Source: Octopus vulgaris (Eukaryota). Taken from it: a stretch of DNA of 64,000 nt. The stretch lies in NCBI GenBank assembly GCA_951406725.2, contig OX597831.1, positions 56,544,001 to 56,608,000 of the forward strand, given 5' to 3'. Under the pieces are notes generated by a model. It ran no database searches. It saw nothing but the letters and a program-made list of their open reading frames with translations, and was not told the DNA's origin. Positions 14,336 to 28,568 of this stretch are shown piece by piece; position 1 is the stretch's first letter, and every line of letters begins with the position of its first letter. Made by a program: the position numbers and the translations under genes.

Positions 14336-14391
14336 TAAGGAACAAAAGGATAAAAAGATATAACTGAACAAAAAGATAAAACAAAGCTCAC

Positions 14392-14487
14392 CAATGTTTG
14401 GTAAAGCCAAAGCATAGATGCCATCTAATTCTGCTACAACTGGCTCTTCATATAAGTTCTTCCAAGGTATTTTTAATGTTAGTTTAG
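14392..14487 (-). CDS. VPS13: VPS13A/C-like coding exon (96 bp): AKLTLKIPWKNLYEEPVVAELDGIYALALPNI
   Basis: Lies within ORF 14312..14515. cag acceptor after a pyrimidine tract and gtgag donor. LxLxIPWKNL is the hallmark chorein-N motif. Confidence 0.95.
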
Positions 14488-16271
14488 CTGTAAAGAAAAA
14501 AGTTTGGTTTTTCATATTTTATGTTAGTTTTCCTCTTTTTCTTTTTTCAGATAAACAACTCAAATTTAGACAATTTTAGAAAAAGGCATTGAAAAACACA
14601 CTTATAAAAATGCAGTTGAATATTTATAGACTTATCAAATTTATAGACTTATCAAGTGACTTTGTTTTTCTTATTTCAGATAAATTAACCTGAAGAGAAG
14701 GGTGGAGCTCATATGCTTTACAAATCTCTACTTGATTTGGGAATAGAAGTTGTTGTATAAATATAATTTAAAAGTCAGCTGTAGAAAAGAAAACATTGAC
14801 AGAGGGGGGTCGATTTATACAGCAATACAGTTTTGATGAGGAAGGATTGGGAAAAAATAATTAGAGTATGAAACATAAAAGTTAAAGGGTGAAGAGATAG
14901 GTGAAACAGAGGGGATGAGCACAAATGACAAAGATATATCATTAAGCAGTTGAGAGGAACAGAACCCATTGAAATAACTGATGGTAGAAGAGACAGAAAA
15001 AGAAAGCAGCTAAGCTTTTCAAAAATATTTTGAAAATCATTGGTAAGCGAAATTTACTCTGTTTTAGAACTGATGATCAAATACTAAGTACCAATTGTCT
15101 TTCATTCTTTCTGGTTTTTTTTATAGATTTGGGGAATATTTAGCCTTTGTCTCTATCATCTAGAGGTGATTATGTTGAAGTTCTCAATGTTGATTCAAGT
15201 AAAGGTTTATTTCTCAAAATAGTATATTATTTCTGTTACACAATATTTGTTCATGATAGCAGCTGTGATCACAATGCATTGTTACTGATTTACAAAACTG
15301 GTGTTTAATAATTTCTAAAGATTTTGAACATAAGAGAAATTTCAAAACATGCTATTTTCTCTTCACAATGATTTGTTTTTCATAAATTTTATAGGTAAAG
15401 TAAGTAAATATATTCAAACCATCAGAAAGTAGATTATTCATTAACTGCTAAGATTTTAATATAAATGATATTAGACATTATAAAACCCAATTACCTGTGG
15501 GATTTTTACTTTTATTCTGTCTCAACGGATGCTTATTAACTGAAAGCACATTCTACTTGCAATGCACAATTTATTTATCAACAATGGTTTCATTGTAGTG
15601 TACTTAAAATTTCTTAATTCATTGCATTACATATATCAGAACTAGCCAAACCACTCAGATTTTTATACTGAACAAGCATGCTGCTGCTAGAAATAGCAAC
15701 CAAATTTACTTCAAATCACACTCTAAGGAGTTAAAAAAAGAATGTGTTGTATTATGTTCCCCAGCAACACAATAACCTGAATAAAGATGGAATGTTCTTG
15801 GTTCGAACACTTGTGTTCATAAATCAGTTCAACTGGGGCTTAACTGGAACCAAATGATGGTAATAACATCTTTCTGGAGTTATAAACTTAAGGCTATACT
15901 AATAAGGTACATGCATGCATGTATGTACATTTTAATTTCCTTCATAAAATTTAGCCTTGTACCAACCTAATCAATAGAAATCTGTAATCATGAGGATGTG
16001 TAGTTAGGGCATGGTTCTTCATCAAAAGAATCAATAACTGTTTTAAGTCATGAAGTTAATGTAATTTCTTACCCTTTCCATGTCCAATTAGGTAATCATT
16101 ATCATCACTACTATAATAATCAAGGATATAAATCCATGATTTGCATGAAATTCATTATACACATCAATGAAAAGTGATGTATATACAACTGAACTAATGA
16201 TGGTAGAGGAGTGGGATGATTTCAAAGGTTTAATTTTAATTTAAAAAAAAAAATCATAAAATATATCTTAC

Positions 16272-16314
16272 CAATATGTCCAACTTTTACCTTCACTGGT
16301 AAATCAAGATCATC
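16272..16314 (-). CDS. VPS13: VPS13A/C-like coding exon (43 bp): DDLDLPVKVKVGHI
   Basis: ttctag|GAT GAT CTT GAT TTA CCA GTG AAG GTA AAA GTT GGA CAT ATT G|gtaag. Chorein-N motif LDLPxxVKxGHI, phase 0 in and phase 1 out. Confidence 0.92.
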
Positions 16315-16389
16315 CTAGAAGAAAAAAAAAAGATGGAAAGCATTTTAATGGTTATTGTGCTAAAAGGAAAGAATGGGGTGTATATGTAC

Positions 16390-16612
16390 TAGTTTCAAAT
16401 TTTGGCACAAGGCCAGCAATTGTGAGTGACAGGAAAGTCAATTATAGTGACACCAGTGCTCAACCAGTACTTATTTTATCGACCCTGAAAGGATGAAAAG
16501 CAAAATTGATCTTGGCAGAATTCAAACTCAGAAAGTAAAGATGGACAAAATGCCACTAAGCATTTTGCTTGACATGCTAAGAATGCTAACAATTCAACCA
16601 GCTTGCCACCTT
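16390..16612 (-). mobile_element. Second tRNA-derived SINE family (central CTTTCATCCTTTCGGGGTCGATAAAATAAGTAC-like domain)
   Basis: Recurrent block GGCACAAGGCC...GTACTTATTTTATCGACCC...AAGGATGAAAGG...GGAATTTGAACTCAG. Also near 18045/19340, 26020, 26220, 31100, 33065, 34320, 35295, 56745 and 58740. Confidence 0.8.
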
Positions 16613-16615
16613 ATG

Positions 16616-16648
<33 letters not shown>

Positions 16649-16707
16649 AGGTTTTTCACGCTAACTACTTGATAAATTCTTATAAAGATTTTATCCTATT
16701 TTTTTCA

Positions 16708-16802
<95 letters not shown>

Positions 16803-18103
16803 ATTGTGACACTAATATATTTCACAATTAATTCTCAGGTTCTGTCCTGTTTATAAAAAAAATATTTAGATATTATATTTATTCTATATTCATTTTATAT
16901 GGTGCTCAAACTTATAAAAGGACAAAGTTACTAGGGTACCATATGCATGGAATGTTAGACTAGCTGTAGCTTCTGATCCTTAACTGTTTTCATATCAACA
17001 AACCAGAGATCAATTCTTAGTTTCTGATAGATAACTAACTAAAGGTGTTCTACTTGAAATAAATAAATGAATAACATAATTTTATGTGAGAAACTTTTTG
17101 TAAGTTATGTTCCATCATACATATTAATGAAAAGTATTTTAAAATTCATGACCAGAAAATTTACCTGCAGTAAATTACTGACCAACAATTAAGAATAGTA
17201 ATTAGGAATTTCCTTTAAAGAAACCTAATGAATTTATTATGCCATTTTTAAGAGGCTTAGCTTTTAAAATTTTATTTTAGAAATCCTTCCAAAGTTTTAT
17301 CAATGTTTTCATATTTTTAAAATAAACTTTGAAATATTAATTAATAATTTGCCATTGGTGAATATGCTAATCAGAAAACTGCTGCACATGAATTTGCTAA
17401 TTGGTGAATAGCTGTGCAGATAATTTTTCTTGTCACTCTCTAAGTTCTATATTTTAAAATTTTGAAACTGACATCTCTTAGGTACAGGCATAGCTGTGTG
17501 GTTGAGAAGCTTGTTTTGCAATCACATGGGGTTGGGGTTTGATCTTGGGTAAGTGTCTCCTATTAAGAAGACACTGAGGTTACAATTCATCTCTGACTAG
17601 CCAATGCCTTGTGAGTGAAATTTGGTTGACAAAAACTGCATAGAAGCTTATTGTGTATATGTATATATGTGTGTAAATGTGTGTGTGTGTGTATCATCAT
17701 CATGAACTTCGATATATGAACCCAATAAATATCTTGAAGTGTTCAAAAGTCATCTTGACTTACAGAATTTTTACAATATATTCTTCCAGTATGTTTCTTT
17801 AATTTACAATTTCTGCTCAGTCTCTAAAACATAGTATATGCTTTTATTTAAAATATGACATTTAAACTTGTTGGGACTACAAGACTGTTTTATGAACAAT
17901 CAATAAGTGCTTGTTATAATGAGCACCATGGTCATCAAAAAAGGTGTATGGTTCTTCCCCATGCTTAGTAATAGCAGCCAAATCTCCCTCAAATTTTTGT
18001 AATTTTACTTTTAACAAAGAAAGGATACAGCTAATCCTTTCTACTCCAGGCACAAGGCCTGAAATTTTATGAGGAGGAGCTAGTCAATTACAACTGGTAC
18101 TTA

Positions 18104-19334
18104 TGAGGTCCAATCAAAAAGTATCAGGACTGGTGCTATAAAAAGAAAACATCAATTCAGCATTTAATCTTCTTCAAGGTAGTTCCCTTCTGAAGCCACA
18201 AACTTTATCCAGCATTGTTTCCATTGATGAAAGCATTCCTGGAACTCCTTTTCTGGGGATAGTGAGCAGCTGCCTTGTTGTATTCTCTTGAATTTCCTTG
18301 ATGTCTAGAAATCTTGTTCATTTCAAGTGGGGTTTAATTTTAGAAAGTGGAAAAAGTTGCAAGGGACAAGATCTGGGAACATGGTGGTTGTTAGACCTGG
18401 GGAATGTTGTGTGTCAGTAAATAATATAGTTACCATATACAACTACAATGCAACATATCGCAATAGTATTCCTTATTTAATGTCTGACCCAGTGAGGCAT
18501 ACTCATGATGAACAATGCTCTTGTAGTTGAAAGAAACTGTCAACAGTGTCTTCACATTGCTTTGACTCATTCATGCTTTCTTCAGTCTCAGAGACATTGG
18601 GGTCTTCCACTGTGAAGATTGAGCCTTAGTTTTGGGATTGTAGCCATAGACCCATGACTTGTCAATTGTAAAAACCATTTTCAAAATGTTTTTTTCTTCC
18701 TTGATACAATCAAGGAGATCCTGTGCAGCTGAAACCTGACCTACTTTTTGATCAACTGAAAGCAGTTTTGGCACAAACTTGGCAGGCACACATCTCATAC
18801 CCAAATCTTTAGTGAGAGTAGACTGAAGCGAACTGTAAATAATATTCACATCCTCTGACAACTTACACACAGTGATTCAACAGTCTATCCAAAATGCTGC
18901 ATACGTATCTGTGATGTTTTCATCAGTTCTGCTGGTTGTAGGCTTCCCAGAATGAGTGTCACTTTAACATTTTGTTGGCCATCTTGGAAACTTTTGAACC
19001 ATTTGTACACTTGTGTCCAGCTCAGACATTCCTTCCCATACATTTACTGCAACTTTGCATAGGTTTCTGCACAGGTATCACCAAGCTATTTGCAAAATTT
19101 GAAGCAGATTCTCTGCTTAATTCCTCTGCCATGGTCACTGATGAAACCTTAGTGGTGTGGTGAGATGACCACATTCTATGCACTTTACTTCAAAGCATTG
19201 CTTTACACAATGGAAGTGAGCAAGAATGTTATAACTTAGCAAGCATGCGTGACAGAGTTCAATACCAGTGTGTGCCAAGTGGCTTCACCCTGCATACTTT
19301 AGTTCCATTACCGATACTTTTTGATCAGACCTTG
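18104..19334 (-). mobile_element. Decayed mariner transposon (~1.23 kb) with both TIRs, inserted into a SINE
   Basis: TA|TGAGGTCCAATCAAAAAGTATC ... GATACTTTTTGATCAGACCTTG|TA. ORF 18571..18870 encodes LGMRCVPAKFVPKLLS...FTIDKSWVYGYNPKTKAQSSQWK, matching the WVPxxL and TGDExW mariner motifs. Confidence 0.92.
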
Positions 19335-20114
19335 TATTTCATCTAAAAAGACAAAAGGAAAAGTTAATCGCAATGGAATTTGAACTATGGAGAAAGATCT
19401 TGAAGAAATGTAGTTAAGCATTTTGCCTAGTGCATTAATGATTCTGCCAGCTTGGTGCCTTGGACGAATTAGATAATGGTATCCTACTTCCTCCTAGAAT
19501 ATACAAGATGGTCATGAGTGGAACACCTTTGGCCATTAGCCTGATTGAACAGGATTGGCTTGGAGTAAAGTAACAACAACAATATAGAGTATCTTGAAAT
19601 TATTAAGGACCAAATTATTTTTAGTAGTTGAAATTCAAGAAGACCAATACTGGTCTGCATTCACCAAAACCAATTCTTCAGAAGTTGTTATTGTTTTTGA
19701 CCAGGATCTGTTTTGGTTAAACATGTCAATGACTCACTGACATGAAGTTTTAATCCAGAAAAATGTTAATGAACTCAATACATATCTACAACAGTCATTT
19801 TGGTTTACATCATTCCTGCCAACAATATGCTTAAATTATTTTTTCATAATTTCTGCTCAATTCCTAAAACAAATTTACTCTCATTTAACATATGACATTT
19901 AAACATATGTAGACAGTCATGTCTGTGCCTATGTTTAAATGTCAGAGCGGTTAAGAAGCTTGCTTCGCAACCATGCAATTTTGGGTTCAGCTCCACTGCA
20001 CAACACATGTGGCAGGTGTCTTCTACTATAACGCCAGATTGACCAATGCCTTGTCAGTGAATTTTGTAGACAAAAACTGTGTGGAAACCCATCATATATG
20101 AGCATGTAAGTAAT

Positions 20115-20505
20115 GTGTGCATGCATGCGAGTGATGTTTGCATGTGTGCAAGTGATGTGTGCATGCAAGTGATGTGTGCATGTGTGCAAGTGATGTGTGT
20201 ATGTGTGCAAGTGATGTGTGCATGCGTGTGAGTGATGTGTGCATGAATGCGAGTGATGTGTGCATGCATGCAAGTGATGTGTGCAAGTGATGTGTGCATG
20301 CGTGCAAGTGATGTGTGCATGCGTGAGTGATGTGTGCATGCATGCGAGTGATGTGTGCATGCATGCAAGTGATGTGTGCATGCATGCAAGTGATGTGTGC
20401 ATGCATGCAAGTGATGTGTGCATGCGTGCAAGTGATGTGTGCATGCGTGCAAGTGATGTGTGCATGCGTGCAAGTGATGTGTGCATGCGTGCGAGTGATG
20501 TGTGT
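20115..20505. repeat. Minisatellite with a ~20-bp unit AGTGATGTGTGCATGCATGCA-like, inside the TG tract of a SINE
   Basis: About 20 tandem units. SINE head at about 19945-20100 and SINE 3' part at about 20560-20740. Confidence 0.95.
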
Positions 20506-21619
20506 AGTATATGTGTGTGTGTGTGTATGTATGTGGTGTGATGTGTGTGTGATACGTGTGTGTTCCATTTGACAACCAGTGTTGGTTTGTATACATCCCC
20601 ATAACTCAGCGTTTTGGCAAAAGAGATCAATAGAACAGTACCACATTTAAAAATAAATACGGGGGGTGGGGGGTCAATCAGCTTGACTATAACTTTTCAG
20701 CATCCAGCATGGCTGCAGTCCAATGACTGATACAAGTAAAAGTCTACTATGACTCTTCATCACATTAAAACAATCACAGCCTGTTTTTGTATGCAGTATG
20801 ATCCTCAGAATGTGCACAATGGCTCACAATCAGCACCTAGTTAGCTGTTCAATAGGTCTGCCAGATTAGAGCTAATTTATAACTATTTTTCTATTAAAGT
20901 TGATTTTATATTATAATAGTGAAGAACACACCCTGTTTCAACACTTACAGAATACCTCTAAAATGTTAATAGTTAGTAATTAGCTGGGTTCAAAACATTT
21001 TTTTATTTAATGGGTTACTTTGACAAATTGAAACATAAAACCTAGCCAACTGGGGTTGAAATGTTATATTGTTTCACACATAGGAAAACACACAAATCAG
21101 TAAAATAAAAAACAAGAAAAAATGGAAACTCAACAATGTGACCATTTATAAAAAAAAATACCAAAAAAAAAAAGAAACAAAAAAAATTAATAAAGCAAAT
21201 AGTAATCCTAATGAAAACACTATTAGTTTATTGTGTTTGGCTCCTGCGAATCACACCCACTTCTCACTTCACTACACTACACTCAAATATATTTAACATA
21301 CTTATATAAATAATGGATCTCTGTCGGTGTTTACGATGAGTATTCTGTTGTTTGATCAACTAAACTACCAGCTCACTGAATTAACATCTAACTGACTAAA
21401 CATTCCACAGACACATGTAGTTTTAATATAATTGTGAGGCAGAATTAGTGATACAGTGTGTGCCGGGGTGGGATCTTTGCATTTTCTATTCAGTTTCACT
21501 CATAAGACTCAGATAGAGATGAGGAACAAGTAAAAGACACTTGTCCAAAATGCCATGTCGTAGGATCAGACCCAGGCCACTGTGATAGCAAAAACAAATT
21601 CTTAACCACACAGCCATAC

Positions 21620-21681
<62 letters not shown>

Positions 21682-21855
21682 CATACATACATATATACAC
21701 ATACATACATAATATATATATATATATATATATACATACATACATACATATATATATATACATACATACATATATAGACATACATACATATATACACATA
21801 CATACATATATATATACACATACATATATATATATACACATACATATATATATAT

Positions 21856-21901
<46 letters not shown>
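21620..21901. repeat. Compound (TG)n(TA)n(TACA)n microsatellite
   Basis: Seen directly. Other long dinucleotide tracts at about 11742-11836, 16710-16797, 22234-22280, 32971-33012, 33943-34001 and 50040-50112. Confidence 0.97.
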
Positions 21902-21904
<3 letters not shown>

Positions 21905-22231
21905 TCATACTGGCTGTGAATAGCCATGCAGATCACTCTGCTTCTGCTCTGCATCTACCTTTCATAGTAATCCTCTTGTCTCCTAGCATGAAGTTGCCCT
22001 CCCCCTACCCCAGGGCGAGTAGTTCTGCTGCAAACTGCATGGTGACTTCAATAGTGCAGGTGATATGAAAAAATCACCTAGTCCATGATCTAAAGTGATT
22101 GGCATTAGGAAGAGCATCCAGCCATAAAAACCATGTCAAAGCAGACATTAGAGCTTGATGCAGTCCTTGGACAAATCAGTTCATATCAAGCTAACCAACC
22201 CATACTGGCATGGAGCATGGATGATGATGAT

Positions 22232-22283
<52 letters not shown>

Positions 22284-23144
22284 AGTAGAAGTACAGGTGT
22301 ACCTCTACTGTTACTCATTCATATTTATTCACCTGTCTCAGAATCTCCCCTTCTGGACCATATATTATGGACCATATCTTTAATATAATGTACATGCCTG
22401 AATAGCTCAAGAGCGGATTTCTTCACTCAGCTGGTTCTGTTGTCTACATACACTGCAGGAATATTATTTGGCTGGTACTTATGTACCAAGTTTGATATTT
22501 ACATAATATTGTTGTTGTGTGTGTATATTATTCTGACCTAACTAGATGCCTCAATTTAGGTACCTAATTCAACTGAATCTTACTTTTACACACACACACA
22601 CACACACACAAATACGTATAGTGTGCATGTTTGCTGTTCACTGCATCACCTACTACTAACCATCTGTCACTCACCTTACACTCGTATGAATTTACCTGAT
22701 CCTCTGTCCGTATCCTCCTCACATTTTTTCCTCTTGTACTTTGAGGGTGGATATGTCCTGACACCTCATCACCACCATCTTTTCTCCTTTTCCAGCTGGG
22801 GTAGCCATATATCTCCTCTATAGCAGCAAGACAGCTGTTCATACCCCACTATCATCATACCTTTGCTTCTTAACCCCTGGCATAAGCCAGTTCCCTCAAT
22901 ACTACAACCCCCTCAATCAAGGGGCAAGCTAATTTATAACCTCACTAGTACTGGTGACATGAAAAAGCACCTACTACACTGTTCAATGAGTGGTATTAGA
23001 AAAGGCATCCAGCCATAGAAACCATGCCAAAACAAACACTGGAGCTTGATGCAGTCCTCTGACCTATTGGATCCTGTCAAACCATTCAACCGACATTGAA
23101 AAAATGCTAAATGATGATGAAGATGGTGATGATGATGATTATTA

Positions 23145-23550
23145 TGTATTATTGTATTTCTGTGAAACATGGACACTGACAAAGAAATTATCAAAGAAGG
23201 TAGATGGCTGCTACACAAGGATGCTACAAATTGCCCTAAATGTGAAATGGCAGCAACATATGACAAATGAATGCTTTTATGGAGACCTGCCGAAAGTTAG
23301 TGAGAAGATCAGGCAAAGACAGCTGTGACCATCTGGTTAGTGTGTGTGTGTTCCACCCTGAACTGGAAGCATCCAAATTAGTCTTGTGGAACCCACTTCA
23401 TGGCGATGTAAGAAGAGGAAAATGTTGTCACACATTGGCAACTTGATTGCAGACACTGGCCTGGAATGTGTCCAGGATCCCAAGGCAGTGTCATTAGACC
23501 AAAAGGTGTGGCAGATGGACTTTGCTGCTGTAGCTTGGGTTGGAACCTAG
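23145..23550 (+). mobile_element. RTE-like LINE 3' fragment
   Basis: LLYFCETWTLTKKLSKKVDGCYTRMLQIALNVKWQQHMTN...LPKVSEKIRQRQL matches the post-RT LLYGxETW region of RTE-type LINEs. Confidence 0.8.
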
Positions 23551-26500
23551 CCATAATAATAAATATTCAAAGTTCAGTAGTGATTTGTTAGATTAGAACA
23601 AAGACACAGATTTGTTAGAGAGCGGTATAATCAATGTATGATGGGGACTTAATTTATCAGTTCCAAGAACGAATGAGATATAATGTTAACCAGGGTGGTA
23701 TTTGTACTCAGAGTACAGTCAAGTTCACACTGCTGGCTCCTTTGATAGCCTCTCTTCTATCAAACAAACCTGTCTCATGTCTCTCCCATTTCTACCCATC
23801 ACTCATCCATCTCCCTCTTACCACCCAGCCCTTTATCATTCATCTGTTTATCACTCATATTACTGTCACCCACGTTCCTGCTACCATGTCTTTACCTCTC
23901 AAGATTCAAGATTGTGAGATGAAATAATAAAGGCCTTCTCAATCCCAGTTCTAAGCTGCTTGTCATACAAGCTTTTGGCCTTTTCAGTTTTAATTACCAT
24001 TGTGCTTAACAGCACATTATTTTGTAGACCTATGTCCCTCATAGTATAGAAACATTTCTCATAGCACCAGCAGTCAAAATGAAATAGGCGACGCCCCAGA
24101 GGACAGCAAGAGAGATGCGCTTGAACAGCAACTCTGACTCACAGGACTTGCACTTGCAGACAACAATCTCCACCCTGATAGTGATGAGCAGGGATATGGT
24201 CCAGGGGCCAAGAACACCAGAGGCTTCAACTTCCACAAGATTGACAATAAACCTATCAGGGAGCAACTGACACCCTGACAGTTTTTTTCCTCAGGCTGAT
24301 GAGCAGCAGAGTCTAGGCTGGAGAAGGTGTCACAGCATTTGAAATCCTAGATGAGGAGCCTACTGCTACAGAATGGGCTGCTGGTAGGACCAAGGTTAGC
24401 TGTGAATCTCTTCTGTCTACCATAAATTGCTCTCAATATAACCATGAATGCCACTACACCTATCTTATCACCTGTGCTTCTCACCAACCATTCACTAATT
24501 CAAGACCCAACTACTTTTCATTCTTTCTGCTACTACCTTTAACATCCGATCTCTGCAGCCTATCTCTAAACCTATGTATAAGAGGCTGCATTTAACCAGT
24601 TCTACCCTGTACACTACCTTTATCCTCCTGTCTTCCCTCTGTTTTCATTCTGTCATCATATACTTGCTCCTTCTCTCCACACATCCTGAGCCTCTATTAT
24701 TGCTCTACTTTCTAGGTCACATTGCCCTCCCTTATCACACTATCCCATTGCTCATGGTGTCCTGAATATACACACATATCTCAGAATACCAAGTACCACA
24801 TCATTCCCGATCACCTATCTCCTATTACTTACCTTCTTATTACCCACTCCTCTTCTCATTATCATCTATTTTTGTCTCCCATCCTTTCAAGAGACAGGCT
24901 AGCAAGCAGAGACAAGAGGCCATGAGGTTCTTTTAGTCATGTTGAGGATATAACTGTCTGGTTAGTTCTGGTATCATCAAAAATGTACTCAGCACATTCT
25001 ACAAAGTGTAAGGGGGTGAGTGTAAGTGTAAGTCTTATTGAGGACATGTCACCTCTAGTGCTGGAGCCACAAGAAAGCACCCAGTACATTCTGTCAAGTG
25101 ATTAGTGTTAGGGAGAGCATCTAGATATAGAAACCAAATCAAAAATGAAACATGAGCAAAATACAGTCCTTCAGACTCATCTAGGTGAGCAGTACCCCCA
25201 AATATGTGCTGATTCCAGCCATAGTGACTGGTCTAACTTATGCCAGCATGGAAAGCAGACATAAAATAATGATGATGACAGTGATGATGATGATTGTAAA
25301 GAGACAAGTAAATGCCATTAGTGAGTGTTTCTCCAGAGAGGGTTCTGTGAAAACATATTAGGGCAGTGTGAAACAAGGAATTATTAAAAAAACTTAAGAA
25401 TTTATTTTAGAGAAAAAAATTATATTTGCCATTTACAAAATAATAACTAATATTCTTTTTATATGAATAAATTATCTTTCTAAAAAATAATTTTTGCTTC
25501 ATTTAACGTCTTATTAAAATTAGGGCAGGTGGGGTTGTCTGTACAATACGGGTATAGGTTCATTGATTTTTGAAAAAAACCATTATAATAGGTGCAGGCA
25601 TAGCTGTGTGGTAAGAAGCTTACTTCCCAAATACATGGTTCTGAGTTCAGTCCCACTGTGCAGCACTATACTCTTGAGCCAACCAAAGCCTTGTGAGTAG
25701 ATTTGGTAGACAGGAACTGAAAGAAGCCAGTCCTATGTGTGTGTGTCTGCCATGAGCATTTAGATTAAAACTATACTGCTTCTGCTGTCTATTACCTGAT
25801 GTTCAAAATAATAGTGAAAGACTTCAACATACCTCAAGAAGAATGTGGAAAGAGAGGAAATAGTTTCTTGTTAGAAACTGTCTATTTGTTAAAAGCTGTC
25901 TATTTTCTCTCTTTCTACATTCTTCAATACCACAATGCCTCAAGCAAACTACAATGCTCTTATACCTCAAGAAATATTTTGGTAACTATTGAACTAGGTT
26001 CTGTAATATTGGTTTTCAAATTTTTTGGCACAAGGCCAGCAAATTCAAGAGGTCAACTGGCATTTATTTTTTTTTTATCAGCCTCGAAAGGATGAAAGGC
26101 AAAGTGGACTTAGGTGGAATTTGAACTGTGAACATAAGGACAAATGAAATGCTAAGAATTTTACCGAGTGTGCTAACAGCTCACCATCTTAAAGGTTCAC
26201 TAATATTAACATCAAATTTTGGCACAAGGTCAAGAAATTATGAGGGAGGAGTTAAATTGATTACATCAACCCTACTTATTTTATCAGCCCTGAAAAGATG
26301 AAAGGCAAAGTTGACCTTGTTGGAATTTGATCTTGGAACATAAAGACAGATGAAAGCCACTAAGCATTTTACTCAGCCTGCTAATAGTTCTGTCAGCTTA
26401 AAGGTTCAGTAATATTAATTTCTGATGTAGACATGAAGCCACATAAGTTTTGTTGTGAAATCCTGACACCCCTGTGGGATAGCAAGTCAACTATTCTAAA

Positions 26501-28568
26501 CCATAGAAAGGAGCATGTGTACTGTCAGTGAGGGACAGTATGGTGTGCGCCGGTGCTTTGTGAAGACAGTTGTAGAAGTCATTGAAAAGAGATATTGTTT
26601 GTTATGTGTTGTTTCTGATTTATATTTGTATTGTTATGACCTTGTTATAAGTCCACGCTATAAAGTGGCATATACAGTGAGTTCAAAGAAGGACATAACA
26701 GTGTCAACAAGACAATGTTTTTTAAGAGGGTAGCAAGGCTATGCATTGTCAATTATGCCTTCACTTGAGGCTTCCTTGATGGAATTGTAGGAGCACATGT
26801 GGTATGTCTTGGCCATTTTTAAAGATGGAGAGCTCATCCCTCAAATTACACCTTACCATATTTTAATTTTTAATAAGGGCACATTAGCGACTGAAGTCCT
26901 ACATTCTCTTTAAAAAGCAAAACAAGATAACCACAATTGGAATGCTTTTAATCAAAAGGTCTGCTTGATAAGCACTGATATGGGGCAAAACAACAACAAC
27001 AAAGTATTTGAAACTAAAAACACCAAAATATTGTTAACAACTTAAATTCAAGAAGAATAATGCTGCTCTGCATTCTTCAAAATCAATTCTATTAAAGTTG
27101 TTATTGATTACATTCTGGCTGAATGGATAGACTTATGAGTGAAAGCATTTCAGACGTGACTGTCTGGTCTTTTTGTACATTTAGAACAACAGGTAGAGTA
27201 AGATAAGGGCAAGATTTGGCTGCTATTTCTTGAAGGTCGAGTAACTATGTAGAAATCAGCAGTGGTATTAACCCATTCACTGTGAAATTAAATTTCGTGG
27301 TACTTCAGTAACGATGTTAAAATATCTACCAAAAATAGAATTAGTATTTTCTGCAGGTCATGTTGTCTCTGTAAACTTGATATATCTTAACAGGAAATAG
27401 TTTTGAACAGGACATTCTTCAACAAGAGAGGGATTAGTGTATAAAACTGCTTTCTGCAGTTGAAGGTAATGAAATCTTGAGTGGAGATAATTGCTTTCCA
27501 CAGTAAAAGGGTTAATAGGTGACTACATGATATAAAAAACAAACAAGCAAAAAAAAAAAAACTTACTTTATTCAAATACTTCCTTAAATTTCATGATACT
27601 TTATCATTCATATTTTATTATAATCTATATCCCTATAAATTTTCTTTTATAACTTATTTTACATATGGGTATGTATATGGATCTTTATATATTTACTCAA
27701 TTTAACCTAATTTTTTACAATATCTTGAACAAAATCATTTCCTACTTTTGCTTAAATACAAATGTATATTACAAATATGTATGCAAGAAATATATGCTTA
27801 TATGAGAAAGAGAAAAGACACCCCATCCCATACATATGAGGGACACCAACTGAAATGAAACATAATCCACCATATGGACATCCTCCTTAAAACTTGACTC
27901 TTATCTCCATACATGTTATAGCTCTATCAATATTTTTATAATCATTTATAGGTCACCCTTTTAATTATCTCTGCTACCTTTCAGCAAGATATCCATTCCC
28001 TGCAACATTAATATTTAAAACTAATTAGCCTTTAATTTATTTTTGTTTAAGCTAAAGTAGTCATAAACAAGATTGGCGTTTATCTTTTAGAAAAAAGATA
28101 ATGAAATAGAGAAAAAGAGAGAGATATGAAAATTATTAATAACTTAATGCTTGTCAAAAAATAATAAAAGGATTGAAGTTAGTCTCATTGACTTCATCAG
28201 ATTAGAAGCATGTTTATGAATAAACAGCTCTGTTATATCTTTATATGTGGCTTTATACAATGGTAAAGAGCCTAGCACCACACTGAATAATTGACTGTTT
28301 CATACAAATCATATCTATCTATTTGAAATGATAAAGCTATAATAATTAACATTAAAACCTTCATTATAGGCCATGTTTATATCTGGAGTACAACGCACAA
28401 AGGTATTGTTGAATAACTCAAAGAAGATTAATATCAGGAAGTAACCAAGTAAATGATTGAAATGACTTCATACACCCTGCACTCTTTAATACCATAAGCC
28501 TTCAGCATAAACCAAATTCAAATCTATTTAGCTTACACAGAGTAGTAAACATTAAACTGGATACTTAC

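Noticed and set aside
19935-21954. His/Cys-rich and YI/VC-rich ORFs
   Set aside because: Translations of minisatellite and dinucleotide repeats.
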